This document shows positions 14,469 to 23,235 of a DNA stretch of 32,000 nt, in pieces. Position 1 is the first letter of the stretch, and each line of letters starts with the position of its first letter. This DNA comes from Candidatus Nanoarchaeia archaeon (lineage in GTDB: Archaea > Nanobdellota > Nanobdellia > Woesearchaeales > JANQNC01). Below the pieces are notes generated by a model. The model saw only the letters and a list, made by a program, of their open reading frames with translations, was not told the origin of the DNA and did no database searches. A program made the translations under genes and the position numbers. The stretch covers positions 240,001 to 272,000 of the forward strand of contig JANQNC010000001.1 in the NCBI GenBank assembly GCA_028279745.1. The letters run 5' to 3'.

Positions 14469-15179
14469 ATGAGAAAGATTATGTTATTCATGTTGACATT
14501 TTTCCTAATGATCTCAGCAGTCAATGCAGCAACAATACAAGGCACAGTATATGATTGGGAGCTAAACCCGATAGATAAAGCAGTTATTGAGATTAACACA
14601 ACCCCAAGACAGACTATCGTTGCAGCAGCAGGTGATTATTCTGTTGAGCTTGATCTCGGATCTTATTCAATAAAAGCTACAGATAGAGAAGGCAATGAAG
14701 AGATCGAAACTGTAAACGTTGTGAAAGAAGGAACTTACAATTTAGACATAATAATGTTCCCTTCATTTGATGATCCTGAAAAGATCTTTAACGACTCAGA
14801 ATTTAACCCCGATCAGGAAATAAGCGAAGATGTTCTTGAAGAGACCCCAATAACCAATTACCTTATTTGGGGAGTCGCGTTACTGATCATAATAGGATTA
14901 GTAATAAGTTCACTCTCAAGATTCAAGAGAGGAGAAACCGAAATAAAAAAGGAAGTTACCGAGCTAAAACAAGAAGTCAAGAAAAAAGAAGTTGATCCTG
15001 AACTAAGTAAGATAGTAGAAGCAATAAAGAACTCAGGAGGAAGAACAACACAAAAAGAGTTAAGAAAACAGTTCCCTTCAAGTGAAGCAAAAATAAGCTT
15101 AATGATAACTGAATTAGAAAAAAAAGGAATTATAGAAAAAATAAAGAAAGGAAGAGGAAATATTTTAGTTCTAAAGTAA
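14469..15179 (+). CDS. single-pass membrane protein: extracellular carboxypeptidase-regulatory-like beta domain + cytoplasmic winged-HTH
   Basis: Signal peptide. ATIQGTVYDW...GDYSVELDLGSYSIKATD resembles a CarboxypepD_reg-like fold. TM helix YLIWGVALLIIIGLVISSL. C-terminal GGRTTQKELRKQFPSSEAKISLMITELEKKGIIEKIKKGRGNILVL has a MarR/ArsR-like wHTH pattern. Confidence 0.6.
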   Translation: MRKIMLFMLTFFLMISAVNAATIQGTVYDWELNPIDKAVIEINTTPRQTIVAAAGDYSVELDLGSYSIKATDREGNEEIETVNVVKEGTYNLDIIMFPSFDDPEKIFNDSEFNPDQEISEDVLEETPITNYLIWGVALLIIIGLVISSLSRFKRGETEIKKEVTELKQEVKKKEVDPELSKIVEAIKNSGGRTTQKELRKQFPSSEAKISLMITELEKKGIIEKIKKGRGNILVLK

Positions 15180-15440
15180 TTAGTTTTTACCTTCTAACTC
15201 CATGATAACATGTGTTAAACTATTATGTGCGCCTTCAAAAACCGCTTTTTTTTCTTTAGCCTCTTCAAGACTTAATCCCGCATACGTTCGTTTGTAGTTG
15301 TCAAGAATATTTCTAACACCTTTAAAGTCATACTTTTCCTTTCGATCATAATGACCTTCAACGATGCTATTTACGTTAGTTGTTGACTTCTCAAATTCTT
15401 TCAATGCTTCTGATTTTGCTTGTTCATTACTCATTCTCAA
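15180..15440 (-). CDS. hypothetical protein (86 aa)
   Basis: ORF track only; no motif recognised. Confidence 0.45.
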   Translation of the reverse strand: MRMSNEQAKSEALKEFEKSTTNVNSIVEGHYDRKEKYDFKGVRNILDNYKRTYAGLSLEEAKEKKAVFEGAHNSLTHVIMELEGKN

Positions 15441-15503
15441 TACCTCAAACTTTATTTTAGTTAATTGTAAATCATATATAAGATTACATATGACATTTAT
15501 AAG

Positions 15504-15935
15504 CTAGTTAGCCATGTTTTTTGCTAGCTTTATCTGTATCCTGACTAGGTCTGACTCTACTTTCGGCATCAATCCAGGTTTTTCTTTCATAAATGATTCA
15601 ACACCGTTAAAAACTTGCACAAGACCTTTCTTGCCCGCAACTGTGTTTTTCAGATTCAGGTATGTTTCTTCATTGCCAATAACGTAAAGTTCTTTACTTC
15701 TGCTTTGGATAAATTTTGTATATTTCATAAGTATCCTTAACTCATGACTTGAGAATTTACCCTCGCTGTCGATAACATTTAGTATGATATTCTTATAGTT
15801 AGGACTATTGCATTCTACTGATTCTTTCAGTCTGCCTTCAAGTTGTCTGGAAACATCGCTTATCTTGCTTGTGCCATTTGGCAAGTATTGCAAATAGCTA
15901 GCATTAGCGTATTCCACCCTCATTACGTCTGCCAT
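15504..15935 (-). CDS. hypothetical protein, weakly STAS-like
   Basis: IILNVIDSEGKFSSHELRILMKYTKFIQSRSKELYVIGNEE loosely fits the STAS/anti-sigma-antagonist pattern. A TATA box (minus-strand CCTTTATATATTT) is centred about 27 nt upstream. Confidence 0.45.
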   Translation of the reverse strand: MADVMRVEYANASYLQYLPNGTSKISDVSRQLEGRLKESVECNSPNYKNIILNVIDSEGKFSSHELRILMKYTKFIQSRSKELYVIGNEETYLNLKNTVAGKKGLVQVFNGVESFMKEKPGLMPKVESDLVRIQIKLAKNMAN

Positions 15936-16110
15936 GATAACTTAGCAGTGATAACAAATATATAAAGGTTTCTCTTTTTAACTACTTTTAAGGAGTTAAA
16001 GCGGTAATTTCTGCTTCAGATATGAATAAACTATAAAAACCGCAATATTTATATATAGAAAAAAATCAAAATGTATAATACACATATAATGCACAATAAG
16101 GGGTTTTTAG

Positions 16111-18519
16111 ATGGACAGAAACAATAAGCTAAAGTTATTTCTTATACCTACATTACTCTCATTATCATTGCCTGCAGTATTCGCACAAGGGATACAAGGC
16201 ATATTAAACAACCTATTTAAGGGATTAAACACCTTAATAACAACAGACCATACAAAATTCGGGTTAACTTTCATTGCATTCTTTATAGTATTATATGGAG
16301 TATTCTCAGCAGGACTTAATGCTGTGCCTGCATTCAAAGCTGACGGAAAACTAAGCAAGAACGGAAAACTAATTGCAGTAGGCATGTCACTCTTAGGCGT
16401 AATTGGGATATTCGTAACAACAGACGGAAGACCTTATGACGTAACAAAAAACGTGCTTGAAGCATTTGGGATATATGGAGCCATATTCGTATCTGTGTTG
16501 ATATTCCTGATGCTGTACTTTGCATTCAAAGACACAGACTTCTACAACGACAGACAATGGCAACTGTTAATCTGTTATTTAGGTATTGCAATGTTCCTTG
16601 GAGGAGTAATATCAAACCACACCTCCTGGAGTGATGCAGCAGTAATCTTCCTGATAATAGGTGGTTTCTTCCTGCTTAGCTCATTAATAACTTCAGGAGG
16701 AGATGATGAAGGAGGAGGTCCACTAAAAGGAATAAAAGACTTCTTCAAACCAAAAGGACCAAAATCACCGCCAGCAGCAAAAACACCAAAAGGGCCAGTG
16801 CCAAATGGAGTAAATGGCATTGAGATCAAGTGGGATCCAGAAAAGAAAACAGTAAACATATCATGGGAACCAAACCCAGATTCTGATGAGGTAACAACAT
16901 ACGTAGTAAGAAAAGCAAGATACGGCAGTCCAAGATGGGGCAACCCAATATACTCAAGTCCAAAAGTAAGAGACAAATCAAACCCTCTACCTGATACAGC
17001 AGTAGAACCAAAAAAGACATATGTGTATAAGATAACAGCATACAACAACAATGGAGAAAGTAGTGGTGAAAAGTACGACATAACAATTCCACCACCTGAT
17101 GAAGTGCCTCCTGAACCAGTTACAGCAAAAAAAGGAAAAACAGAAAAAGGAGAGAAAAAGGAGAAAGAATATCCCGATCTAAACATAGAGATAACATCAC
17201 CACAAAACAATCTAGAATTCTTAAAGAAAGGAGACTATCCAAAACCAGAAGAGAAATTTGTGAGGCTAGAAGGAAAAGCTGAAGGAACAGCACCTTACGC
17301 ATGGGCATGGTACGTGAAGGATGAACAAGCAGGAAGAGGGGACAGAGCAATACAAAAGATAGGGGAAGGAACTGGAGATACAATAAGAGAAGAATCATTA
17401 GATCTATCACAAGCAGCACCAGGAAAAAGAGAAATCTACCTGACAGTACGAGACTCAGGAAACAAAACAGGAAACGCAAAAATAACAATCAACGTAAAAG
17501 AAGAAGGCGCACTATCTGTAGTAATCCTAACCAAAGACGGCACAGAATTCCCAGATAACGCATCAGTAAACATAAAAGGAGTTGTGAGTGACAAAAAAAT
17601 ACCAAAAGGAACCAAACTATGGATAGACTTCCTTGTTAACGGAGAACATGCAAAACTCATGAACGAAGTAAAAAATTCTGAAGAGTTTGAGATAAACGTA
17701 AAAGCATTTGAACAAGGAAAAGAATACAAAGTAGGAATAGTATATTATGAAGAAGCAACAAAGAAATGGAAAAGAACAGATGAAAATAAAGAAATAACAA
17801 TCAAAGTAGGAACGGCTGAAGAAAAGAAAGAGGAAGATACAGGTAAAAAAGACGCAACTGAAGAAGTGGTTGAAGAGATAAAGAAAGAAGAAAAAATTAT
17901 CGATGATATGCAAGAAGAAGAAAAACAGATAGAAGAATTAATGACACACTTCAAAGGAGCTTATAAAACATCATTTGAAGCCATGCAAGAAGCACTAATC
18001 TCAATAGGGCATGGAACATTCAGCAGAACTGCAGTTGCACAATCAATCAAGACGGCCTTATCCAACCAGATGAAAAGCACAAAAGGGATATTGACAAGAA
18101 CAGTAAATCACGTTGCAAAACTAAATGAAAAAAGCGAAAGCATCAGAGCGTTAGCAAAAAAAAGGTTCAGTGAAAAAGTAGCAAAAAGAAACAAGATACA
18201 AGGAAGCGATCCAGCAATACAAAAACAAGATCAAAAATTCTTTGACCTACTATCAAAACTAGATCAAGTTGCACTATCCAGAAAATCTTCAATAAGACTA
18301 GTGACCAAATCAGTAACAGAATTTACAACAACTGTTGAACTGCTTACAAAAAGTCTAGATGCCAAACCAATGAAAGTGAATTTGAGCGTGCAGCACATAT
18401 CAAAGCTGATATACATAAGAGAGACAATAACAACCAAGATCAAAAAGATAGACGAAGCAAACGAACTAGAAAAACAATTATTAGCAGAAAGCAAAAGCTA
18501 CAAAGTTTCAGGAGAATAA
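16111..18519 (+). CDS. large membrane protein: signal peptide + about 5-TM domain + Pro/Lys linker + FN3 + two Ig-like domains + helical C-terminal region
   Basis: Signal peptide ...LSLPAVFAQG and TM block to about aa 195. FN3-like IEIKWDPEKKTVNISWEPNPDSDEVTTYVVRK...TYVYKITAYNNNGES. Beta-rich repeats, then an E/K-rich helical tail. The N-terminal domain is paralogous to that of 19450..20970. Confidence 0.8.
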   Translation: MDRNNKLKLFLIPTLLSLSLPAVFAQGIQGILNNLFKGLNTLITTDHTKFGLTFIAFFIVLYGVFSAGLNAVPAFKADGKLSKNGKLIAVGMSLLGVIGIFVTTDGRPYDVTKNVLEAFGIYGAIFVSVLIFLMLYFAFKDTDFYNDRQWQLLICYLGIAMFLGGVISNHTSWSDAAVIFLIIGGFFLLSSLITSGGDDEGGGPLKGIKDFFKPKGPKSPPAAKTPKGPVPNGVNGIEIKWDPEKKTVNISWEPNPDSDEVTTYVVRKARYGSPRWGNPIYSSPKVRDKSNPLPDTAVEPKKTYVYKITAYNNNGESSGEKYDITIPPPDEVPPEPVTAKKGKTEKGEKKEKEYPDLNIEITSPQNNLEFLKKGDYPKPEEKFVRLEGKAEGTAPYAWAWYVKDEQAGRGDRAIQKIGEGTGDTIREESLDLSQAAPGKREIYLTVRDSGNKTGNAKITINVKEEGALSVVILTKDGTEFPDNASVNIKGVVSDKKIPKGTKLWIDFLVNGEHAKLMNEVKNSEEFEINVKAFEQGKEYKVGIVYYEEATKKWKRTDENKEITIKVGTAEEKKEEDTGKKDATEEVVEEIKKEEKIIDDMQEEEKQIEELMTHFKGAYKTSFEAMQEALISIGHGTFSRTAVAQSIKTALSNQMKSTKGILTRTVNHVAKLNEKSESIRALAKKRFSEKVAKRNKIQGSDPAIQKQDQKFFDLLSKLDQVALSRKSSIRLVTKSVTEFTTTVELLTKSLDAKPMKVNLSVQHISKLIYIRETITTKIKKIDEANELEKQLLAESKSYKVSGE

Positions 18520-18536
18520 TCAGGGGGAATAAAAAA

Positions 18537-19388
18537 ATGGCAAACATAATCGACTTCATGTCATGGAAATCAGGAAAATCAAGATCACGAACAGACCGAA
18601 GAATATCAGAGGAATTAGCAGACATAGTTGATAAGATAAAAGAACTGGAATCAAGAGTGCCAGAAGACATACAAAAAGGGGATGTCGAAAAAACATTCAA
18701 AGACGTTTCTGACTTACTAAACTTCATAATACAAGAAGAAAGAGATCTAGAACAGATAGAAAAAGATTCAGCAATACTAGACAAAGAATTGCTTCAAGAA
18801 GTGGGAACAATAAGCCAAGAACTTCAATCAGTACAAAAAGACAGCAGTCTTCAAGACCAGATACAACAACTCCAAGATCTTTCTGGAAGAATAAGAAAAC
18901 TGATAGACAAAGCAAGAATAGACGCAAGAAACGCAGAAGGAGACCGAGAAAAAATAATAAAATACAGAGCGTTCTTAGGATATCACCAAACTGCAAGAGA
19001 CATAAGACACGCAACAAGAGAGATAGGTAGACTAATAGGCAAAGAAAAAGAGCTTGAAAAACACATAAAAAACCATGAAAAAGAAGAAGAAATCATCAAA
19101 AAAGACGTTGCTGAATTCATAAAAGTAGCAGAACAAGAAGCAAAGGACATATACAAAGTAGAACATGATGATATAATCTTTACCTTCTTCATAATAAATA
19201 AGCTTCAGAATATTTACAATGTATTACTAAAGCTAAAACAGGAAGGATTTGAAAAAGAATATCCAGAAAAACAAAAATTGCTAGAGCACAAGTATGCTGA
19301 GGCACAACAACTACTACAAGAAGCAACAACCGAAGCGTACAGCATGGAAAAATACTTGAAAAGAAAAGCCAAAAAACTAGCTGCATAA
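18537..19388 (+). CDS. coiled-coil protein (283 aa), no TM segment
   Basis: All-helical E/K/Q-rich sequence. AGGGGGA lies about 8 nt upstream of the ATG, which is 17 nt after the upstream stop. Confidence 0.65.
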   Translation: MANIIDFMSWKSGKSRSRTDRRISEELADIVDKIKELESRVPEDIQKGDVEKTFKDVSDLLNFIIQEERDLEQIEKDSAILDKELLQEVGTISQELQSVQKDSSLQDQIQQLQDLSGRIRKLIDKARIDARNAEGDREKIIKYRAFLGYHQTARDIRHATREIGRLIGKEKELEKHIKNHEKEEEIIKKDVAEFIKVAEQEAKDIYKVEHDDIIFTFFIINKLQNIYNVLLKLKQEGFEKEYPEKQKLLEHKYAEAQQLLQEATTEAYSMEKYLKRKAKKLAA

Positions 19389-19449
19389 AAGCAGCTCAAT
19401 TCTTTCTTTTATGATAAGATTTATAAAATAAAATAGCTAGAATACTAAT

Positions 19450-20970
19450 ATGAATGTCAAAAGAGCCGCGTTTGGGTTATTTCTAGCAATACCTGCAGTT
19501 TATGCAGCAAGAGGTGACTCAATACAAGATACATTAACAAGATTTTTTACAGGGCTACATGACATACTAACAGTTGAATATATCAAATGGGGACTAGGAT
19601 TTTTAGCATTAGGAATAATCTTCTACGGTGTTTTTTCTGCAGTAATAAAAAATATCCCCATATTCAATGATGGACAGAACATAAACTCTTACGGAAAGAT
19701 GATAAGTGTTGGGTTCACGATAGGTGCGTTATTGGGGATATACACAACAGACAGGATGGGTCTGTTTGGAAATTTGAAAGGATTAAACTTGCTCTTACCG
19801 GGGATAGCAGTAAGCATCGTAATGATACTATCACTAAACCGAAAATTCTCAGCAAGCAAATATGGATACATTGCAGAAAACTCAAGAGGAATATCAATGT
19901 TCCTAACAGCATTACTGATGTTTTTCTTATCAGGATTCATGGAATCACCAGAACTTATACCTGTAGGGATAGGAATAGTCATTACCACCCTTGTGCTTAC
20001 CGGGCTAAGCCACAAGTTTGAAGAGATGCACGAAACAAGAATAAGAACAGACGAACACTATAGAGAAAAAGAAGAAAAAAGAAGAGAGAAGGAAGAAAAA
20101 AAGGTGTTAAAAGAACAAAAAGCAGAGATGAAAAGAGAGAAAGAAATGGGCGCAATGGAAAATTACATCAAACAATACCTTACAGGAAAGGAAGATGAAC
20201 TTAACAGACAAGCAGCACAGACTGAAAAAGAAGAAGACCAAATAATACACAAGATCTACGGCTACTTAGAGATACTTAACAACCTAAAAGCAAGCATAAC
20301 AAAAATGGACAAACAAGTTGCAAAAGGGTATGCAACAAACATAATAGACCGAGTTCAATCAGCAAAAACAACAAAACAACAATATCAAGAATTAGTAAGA
20401 AATGAATTACAAAAACTAACTCAGCTCCTAGTACAAGAAGCAAGCCTAAAAGAAAAACAGGAAGAGCTAACAGACCAAGAGATAAGAGCTATAGAAGGCG
20501 AAGTTAAAAATATACAAAGACAGCTAAAAGGTGAAGAAAGAGACATAATACTAGAACGAAAAGAGATCAAACACACAGTAGAAGAAGCAGAAAAAGCGAT
20601 GGACAGAGGCGAAATAACAAGAATAGAAAAAGAAGAAAAGATACATAATGACATACTAGCAGACCTGATAAAGAAGAAATATGCGGCAAACAAAGAAAAA
20701 GCACTATTATCAAAATTCAACAGAGTAAACAAGTACGAACAAGAAGAAGTACTAAAGATAAGACAACAAGTAGATATGGAAAAATATGTAGAAGCAGCAA
20801 AAGAACTCAAAAAATTACTTGAAAAAGTAAGAGAAGAAGAACAAGCAACAACAAAAATATCAAAAGAACAAAAAGAAGAAGCAGAAAAAACAGAAGATAT
20901 CAAACAGAAAGAATTAGAAGCTGAAAACTTACTAAAAAAAGAAAGAAAGGTTGCCAAGGAAGAAACATAG
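19450..20970 (+). CDS. membrane protein: signal peptide + about 5-TM domain (paralogue of the 16111 N-domain) + about 310-aa E/K-rich coiled-coil tail
   Basis: Shares with the 16111 gene: PAV(F/Y)A..IQ..L..F.GL...T...K.GL.F.A..I.YGVFSA....P.F.......GK.I.VG.....GI..TTD. TATA GATTTATAAAAT lies about 25 nt upstream. Confidence 0.8.
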   Translation: MNVKRAAFGLFLAIPAVYAARGDSIQDTLTRFFTGLHDILTVEYIKWGLGFLALGIIFYGVFSAVIKNIPIFNDGQNINSYGKMISVGFTIGALLGIYTTDRMGLFGNLKGLNLLLPGIAVSIVMILSLNRKFSASKYGYIAENSRGISMFLTALLMFFLSGFMESPELIPVGIGIVITTLVLTGLSHKFEEMHETRIRTDEHYREKEEKRREKEEKKVLKEQKAEMKREKEMGAMENYIKQYLTGKEDELNRQAAQTEKEEDQIIHKIYGYLEILNNLKASITKMDKQVAKGYATNIIDRVQSAKTTKQQYQELVRNELQKLTQLLVQEASLKEKQEELTDQEIRAIEGEVKNIQRQLKGEERDIILERKEIKHTVEEAEKAMDRGEITRIEKEEKIHNDILADLIKKKYAANKEKALLSKFNRVNKYEQEEVLKIRQQVDMEKYVEAAKELKKLLEKVREEEQATTKISKEQKEEAEKTEDIKQKELEAENLLKKERKVAKEET

Positions 20971-21041
20971 AAACCTTTATAAATGAAAAATCACAGGAAT
21001 ATAATAAATCATATTTAATCAAAAAAAGAGGTGAACATCAA

Positions 21042-21539
21042 ATGAGACGTTCTAAAAAAGCAGACCTGAACATGTCAATACAGGCAATTGTAATAATTGT
21101 ACTAGCTATGACACTATTAGGGCTAGGAATAAACTTCATCAGAGGACAGTTCGGTTCTTTGACTGAAACAACAAGTTCTGTACAAGAACAGATAAAACAA
21201 CAGATACTGGACGACTTAAGAACAGGAAACAAAAAACTAAGCTTTCCAGCATCAGAAGTGACAATGGAGAGATCAGACGCTACAGTAATCGCGATCGGAG
21301 TAAAAAACACAGGGAACCAACAGCTAGAATTTAAGATAGATATGGGCTGCACACAAGAAGGAATTGACTTCCTATACCAAGCAGATAAGCCATACACACT
21401 ATCAACCGCAGACGCGCAAGTATACCCTATAAGAGTTACTGCACCAGCAACAACAGGAACATTCCTATGCTCAGTAACAATACTTGAAGGAGAATCAATC
21501 TACGCAGAAAAAGACTTCTTCATAAACGTGGTGGGATAA
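21042..21539 (+). CDS. archaeal type IV pilin-like protein (class III signal peptide)
   Basis: MRRSKKA/DLNMSIQAIVIIVLAMTLLGLGINF: a basic N-terminus, a K-A/D-L candidate prepilin-peptidase site, then a hydrophobic helix. Beta-rich C-domain paralogous to 21799..22317. AGAGGTGA Shine-Dalgarno site. Confidence 0.7.
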   Translation: MRRSKKADLNMSIQAIVIIVLAMTLLGLGINFIRGQFGSLTETTSSVQEQIKQQILDDLRTGNKKLSFPASEVTMERSDATVIAIGVKNTGNQQLEFKIDMGCTQEGIDFLYQADKPYTLSTADAQVYPIRVTAPATTGTFLCSVTILEGESIYAEKDFFINVVG

Positions 21540-21540
21540 A

Positions 21541-21759
21541 ATGAAAGGAAAAAAAAGGTTAACACAAGACCAAGAATTCCAGATCATGAAACTAGTTTTA
21601 GATAAGTTCTTATGGTTAGGATTTGGAATTATGGCATGGGGAGTAGTGAGAATCTTCCAAAAAGCAGTAACAGACGGGATCTTGTTATTGATTGGCGGAG
21701 TTGTGTTACTGATATTATTCATTTGGTTAATCGTTAAAGAATACGAAATAATCAAATAA
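21541..21759 (+). CDS. small 2-TM membrane protein (72 aa)
   Basis: Starts 1 nt after the upstream stop. Two hydrophobic helices (FLWLGFGIMAWGVV; ILLLIGGVVLLILFIWLIV). Confidence 0.55.
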   Translation: MKGKKRLTQDQEFQIMKLVLDKFLWLGFGIMAWGVVRIFQKAVTDGILLLIGGVVLLILFIWLIVKEYEIIK

Positions 21760-21763
21760 AACC

Positions 21764-21789
21764 TTTTTTCTTTTTTTTCTAATTTTTAT
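21764..21789 (+). terminator. oligo-T tract (archaeal termination/attenuation signal) between the 2-TM gene and the second pilin gene
   Basis: CTTTTTTCTTTTTTTTCTAATTTTTA immediately after the TAA at 21757-21759. Confidence 0.3.
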
Positions 21790-21798
21790 CGGTGAAGT

Positions 21799-22317
21799 AT
21801 GAGAAAAAAAGCAGCAATCGAACTGAGTATGAATTTAATCGTAGTTATAATTCTATCAATAGTCATTTTAGGCGCAGGCATCGCATTAACAAGAACAATA
21901 TTCGGCGGAGCGGAGGAAATCCAGCTAAGCTTAGATGAAAGAACACAATCCGCAATAGAAGACTCATTAAGAGACAGCCCAGTAAGCATACCGTTTGCAG
22001 ACAAAGAAGCGGGAAGAGGAGACGCAAGATTATTTGGATTGGGCGTGATGAACATGCTCGGAACAAACAAAGAGTTCAGGTTTGATGTACAACTACTAAG
22101 AGTGCAACCCTCAACAATAAACACAGAGTTAGATATACTTTATAACACAGAATCATTCCCACTAGAAGACAATAATGTTAAAGTTTCACAAATCAGAGTA
22201 GATGTGCCAAAAGATGCAGAAACAGGAACATACGTGTATACTGTCCGTGTTGAATACTTAGAAGGTGCAGTTTGGCAACAGTATCAATCAAGAAACATCT
22301 ATATGACAGTAAGGTAA
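21799..22317 (+). CDS. archaeal type IV pilin-like protein (class III signal peptide), paralogue of 21042..21539
   Basis: MRKKA/AIELSMNLIVVIILSIVILGAGIAL. The C-domain aligns with the first pilin (ARLFGLGVMNMLGTNKEFRFD vs ATVIAIGVKNTGNQQLEFKID; TGTYVYTVRV vs TGTFLCSVTI). GGTGA Shine-Dalgarno site. Confidence 0.7.
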   Translation: MRKKAAIELSMNLIVVIILSIVILGAGIALTRTIFGGAEEIQLSLDERTQSAIEDSLRDSPVSIPFADKEAGRGDARLFGLGVMNMLGTNKEFRFDVQLLRVQPSTINTELDILYNTESFPLEDNNVKVSQIRVDVPKDAETGTYVYTVRVEYLEGAVWQQYQSRNIYMTVR

Positions 22318-22323
22318 ATTCTT

Positions 22324-22626
22324 ATGATATACAATAAATTAGTCAGAGACAAAATACCAGAAATAATAGAAAAAAGAGGGGAGAAGTATAAAATACATAT
22401 CGCAGATGATAAAGAGTACTCTGACAAAATTAAAGAAAAACTAAAAGAAGAAGTTGAGGAATTCTTAAAAGAACCAAATAAAAAAGAGTTAGCAGATGTG
22501 TTGGAAGTAGTATACGCACTAGCCAAAGCGATTGGGATAAGCAGAGAAGAACTAGAAAAAGAAAGAAAAGATAGAGAAGAAAAAAGAGGTGCATTCAAGA
22601 AAAAAATAATCTTAGAAGAATCTTAA
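22324..22626 (+). CDS. MazG-like all-alpha NTP pyrophosphohydrolase (predicted house-cleaning type)
   Basis: YNKLVRDKIPEIIEKRG...KLKEEVEEF...ELADVLEVVYAL...KRGAFKKKIIL matches the small KLVRDKIP-type MazG/HisE-like family. Confidence 0.75.
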   Translation: MIYNKLVRDKIPEIIEKRGEKYKIHIADDKEYSDKIKEKLKEEVEEFLKEPNKKELADVLEVVYALAKAIGISREELEKERKDREEKRGAFKKKIILEES

Positions 22627-23235
22627 TTATTTCTTACAGAAAATATTGATCCAGGTGTCGTTATCATCATCCTCAGTATAGGAGTTTAGAATCTTAAACC
22701 CTGCATTCTCTAACAATTCTTCAAACTCAGACTGTTTATAGAACGCAAAGAACCGAGGCATATTGTTTGACTGATGATACTCAACCAGCCTTTCACCTTC
22801 GCCTTCCTGAACACAGATAAACATCACCCCATCTTTCTTAAGGATATCTCTAAACTTGGTAAGAACTTCAGGAATATGTTCCTTAGGAATGTGAAAAATA
22901 GAAGCACAACACCAGATTCCATCAAAAGTGTCGTTGTCGAAAGTTAGATTTCTCATATCCATTACAGAAAACTTACCATTAGGGACACGTTCTTGAGCTT
23001 CATCAACCATCTCTTTAGAATAATCAACCCCCAACACATCAAACCCTTCTTCACTAAGGTATTCAACATCTTTTCCAGATCCGCAACCCATGTCAACAAT
23101 CTTTGCACCTTTCTCAAGGTAAGAAACAAACTGAGTTAGTTGGTACTGTAAAAGGTTAGGAAAAGTAGATTCTGCATACTCTTTTGCGTACTTAGAGTAT
23201 ACTTCGTAAGTCTTTTTTAATTCCTCCTCACCCAT
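22627..23235 (-). CDS. class I SAM-dependent methyltransferase
   Basis: Motif I IVDMGCGSGKDVEYL, then VLGVDYS, FDGIWCCASIFHI and LKKDGVMFI. Confidence 0.85.
   Translation of the reverse strand: MGEEELKKTYEVYSKYAKEYAESTFPNLLQYQLTQFVSYLEKGAKIVDMGCGSGKDVEYLSEEGFDVLGVDYSKEMVDEAQERVPNGKFSVMDMRNLTFDNDTFDGIWCCASIFHIPKEHIPEVLTKFRDILKKDGVMFICVQEGEGERLVEYHQSNNMPRFFAFYKQSEFEELLENAGFKILNSYTEDDDNDTWINIFCKK

Noticed and set aside
16334-20957. Long minus-strand ORFs inside the large plus-strand genes (for example 16575..17210 at 211 aa, 17120..17913, 18264..19399, 20421..20957 at 178 aa)
   Set aside because: These are shadow ORFs. Their S/F/L/C-rich translations are what antisense of E/K-rich (GAA/AAA) coding sequence produces, and the plus-strand products have clear domains.
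17100-20960. Apparent tandem repeats (gaaaaagaagaaaaaagaag... runs) in the tails of the large genes
   Set aside because: These reflect a compositional bias of E/K-rich coiled-coil coding sequence. No fixed repeat unit or period could be aligned.
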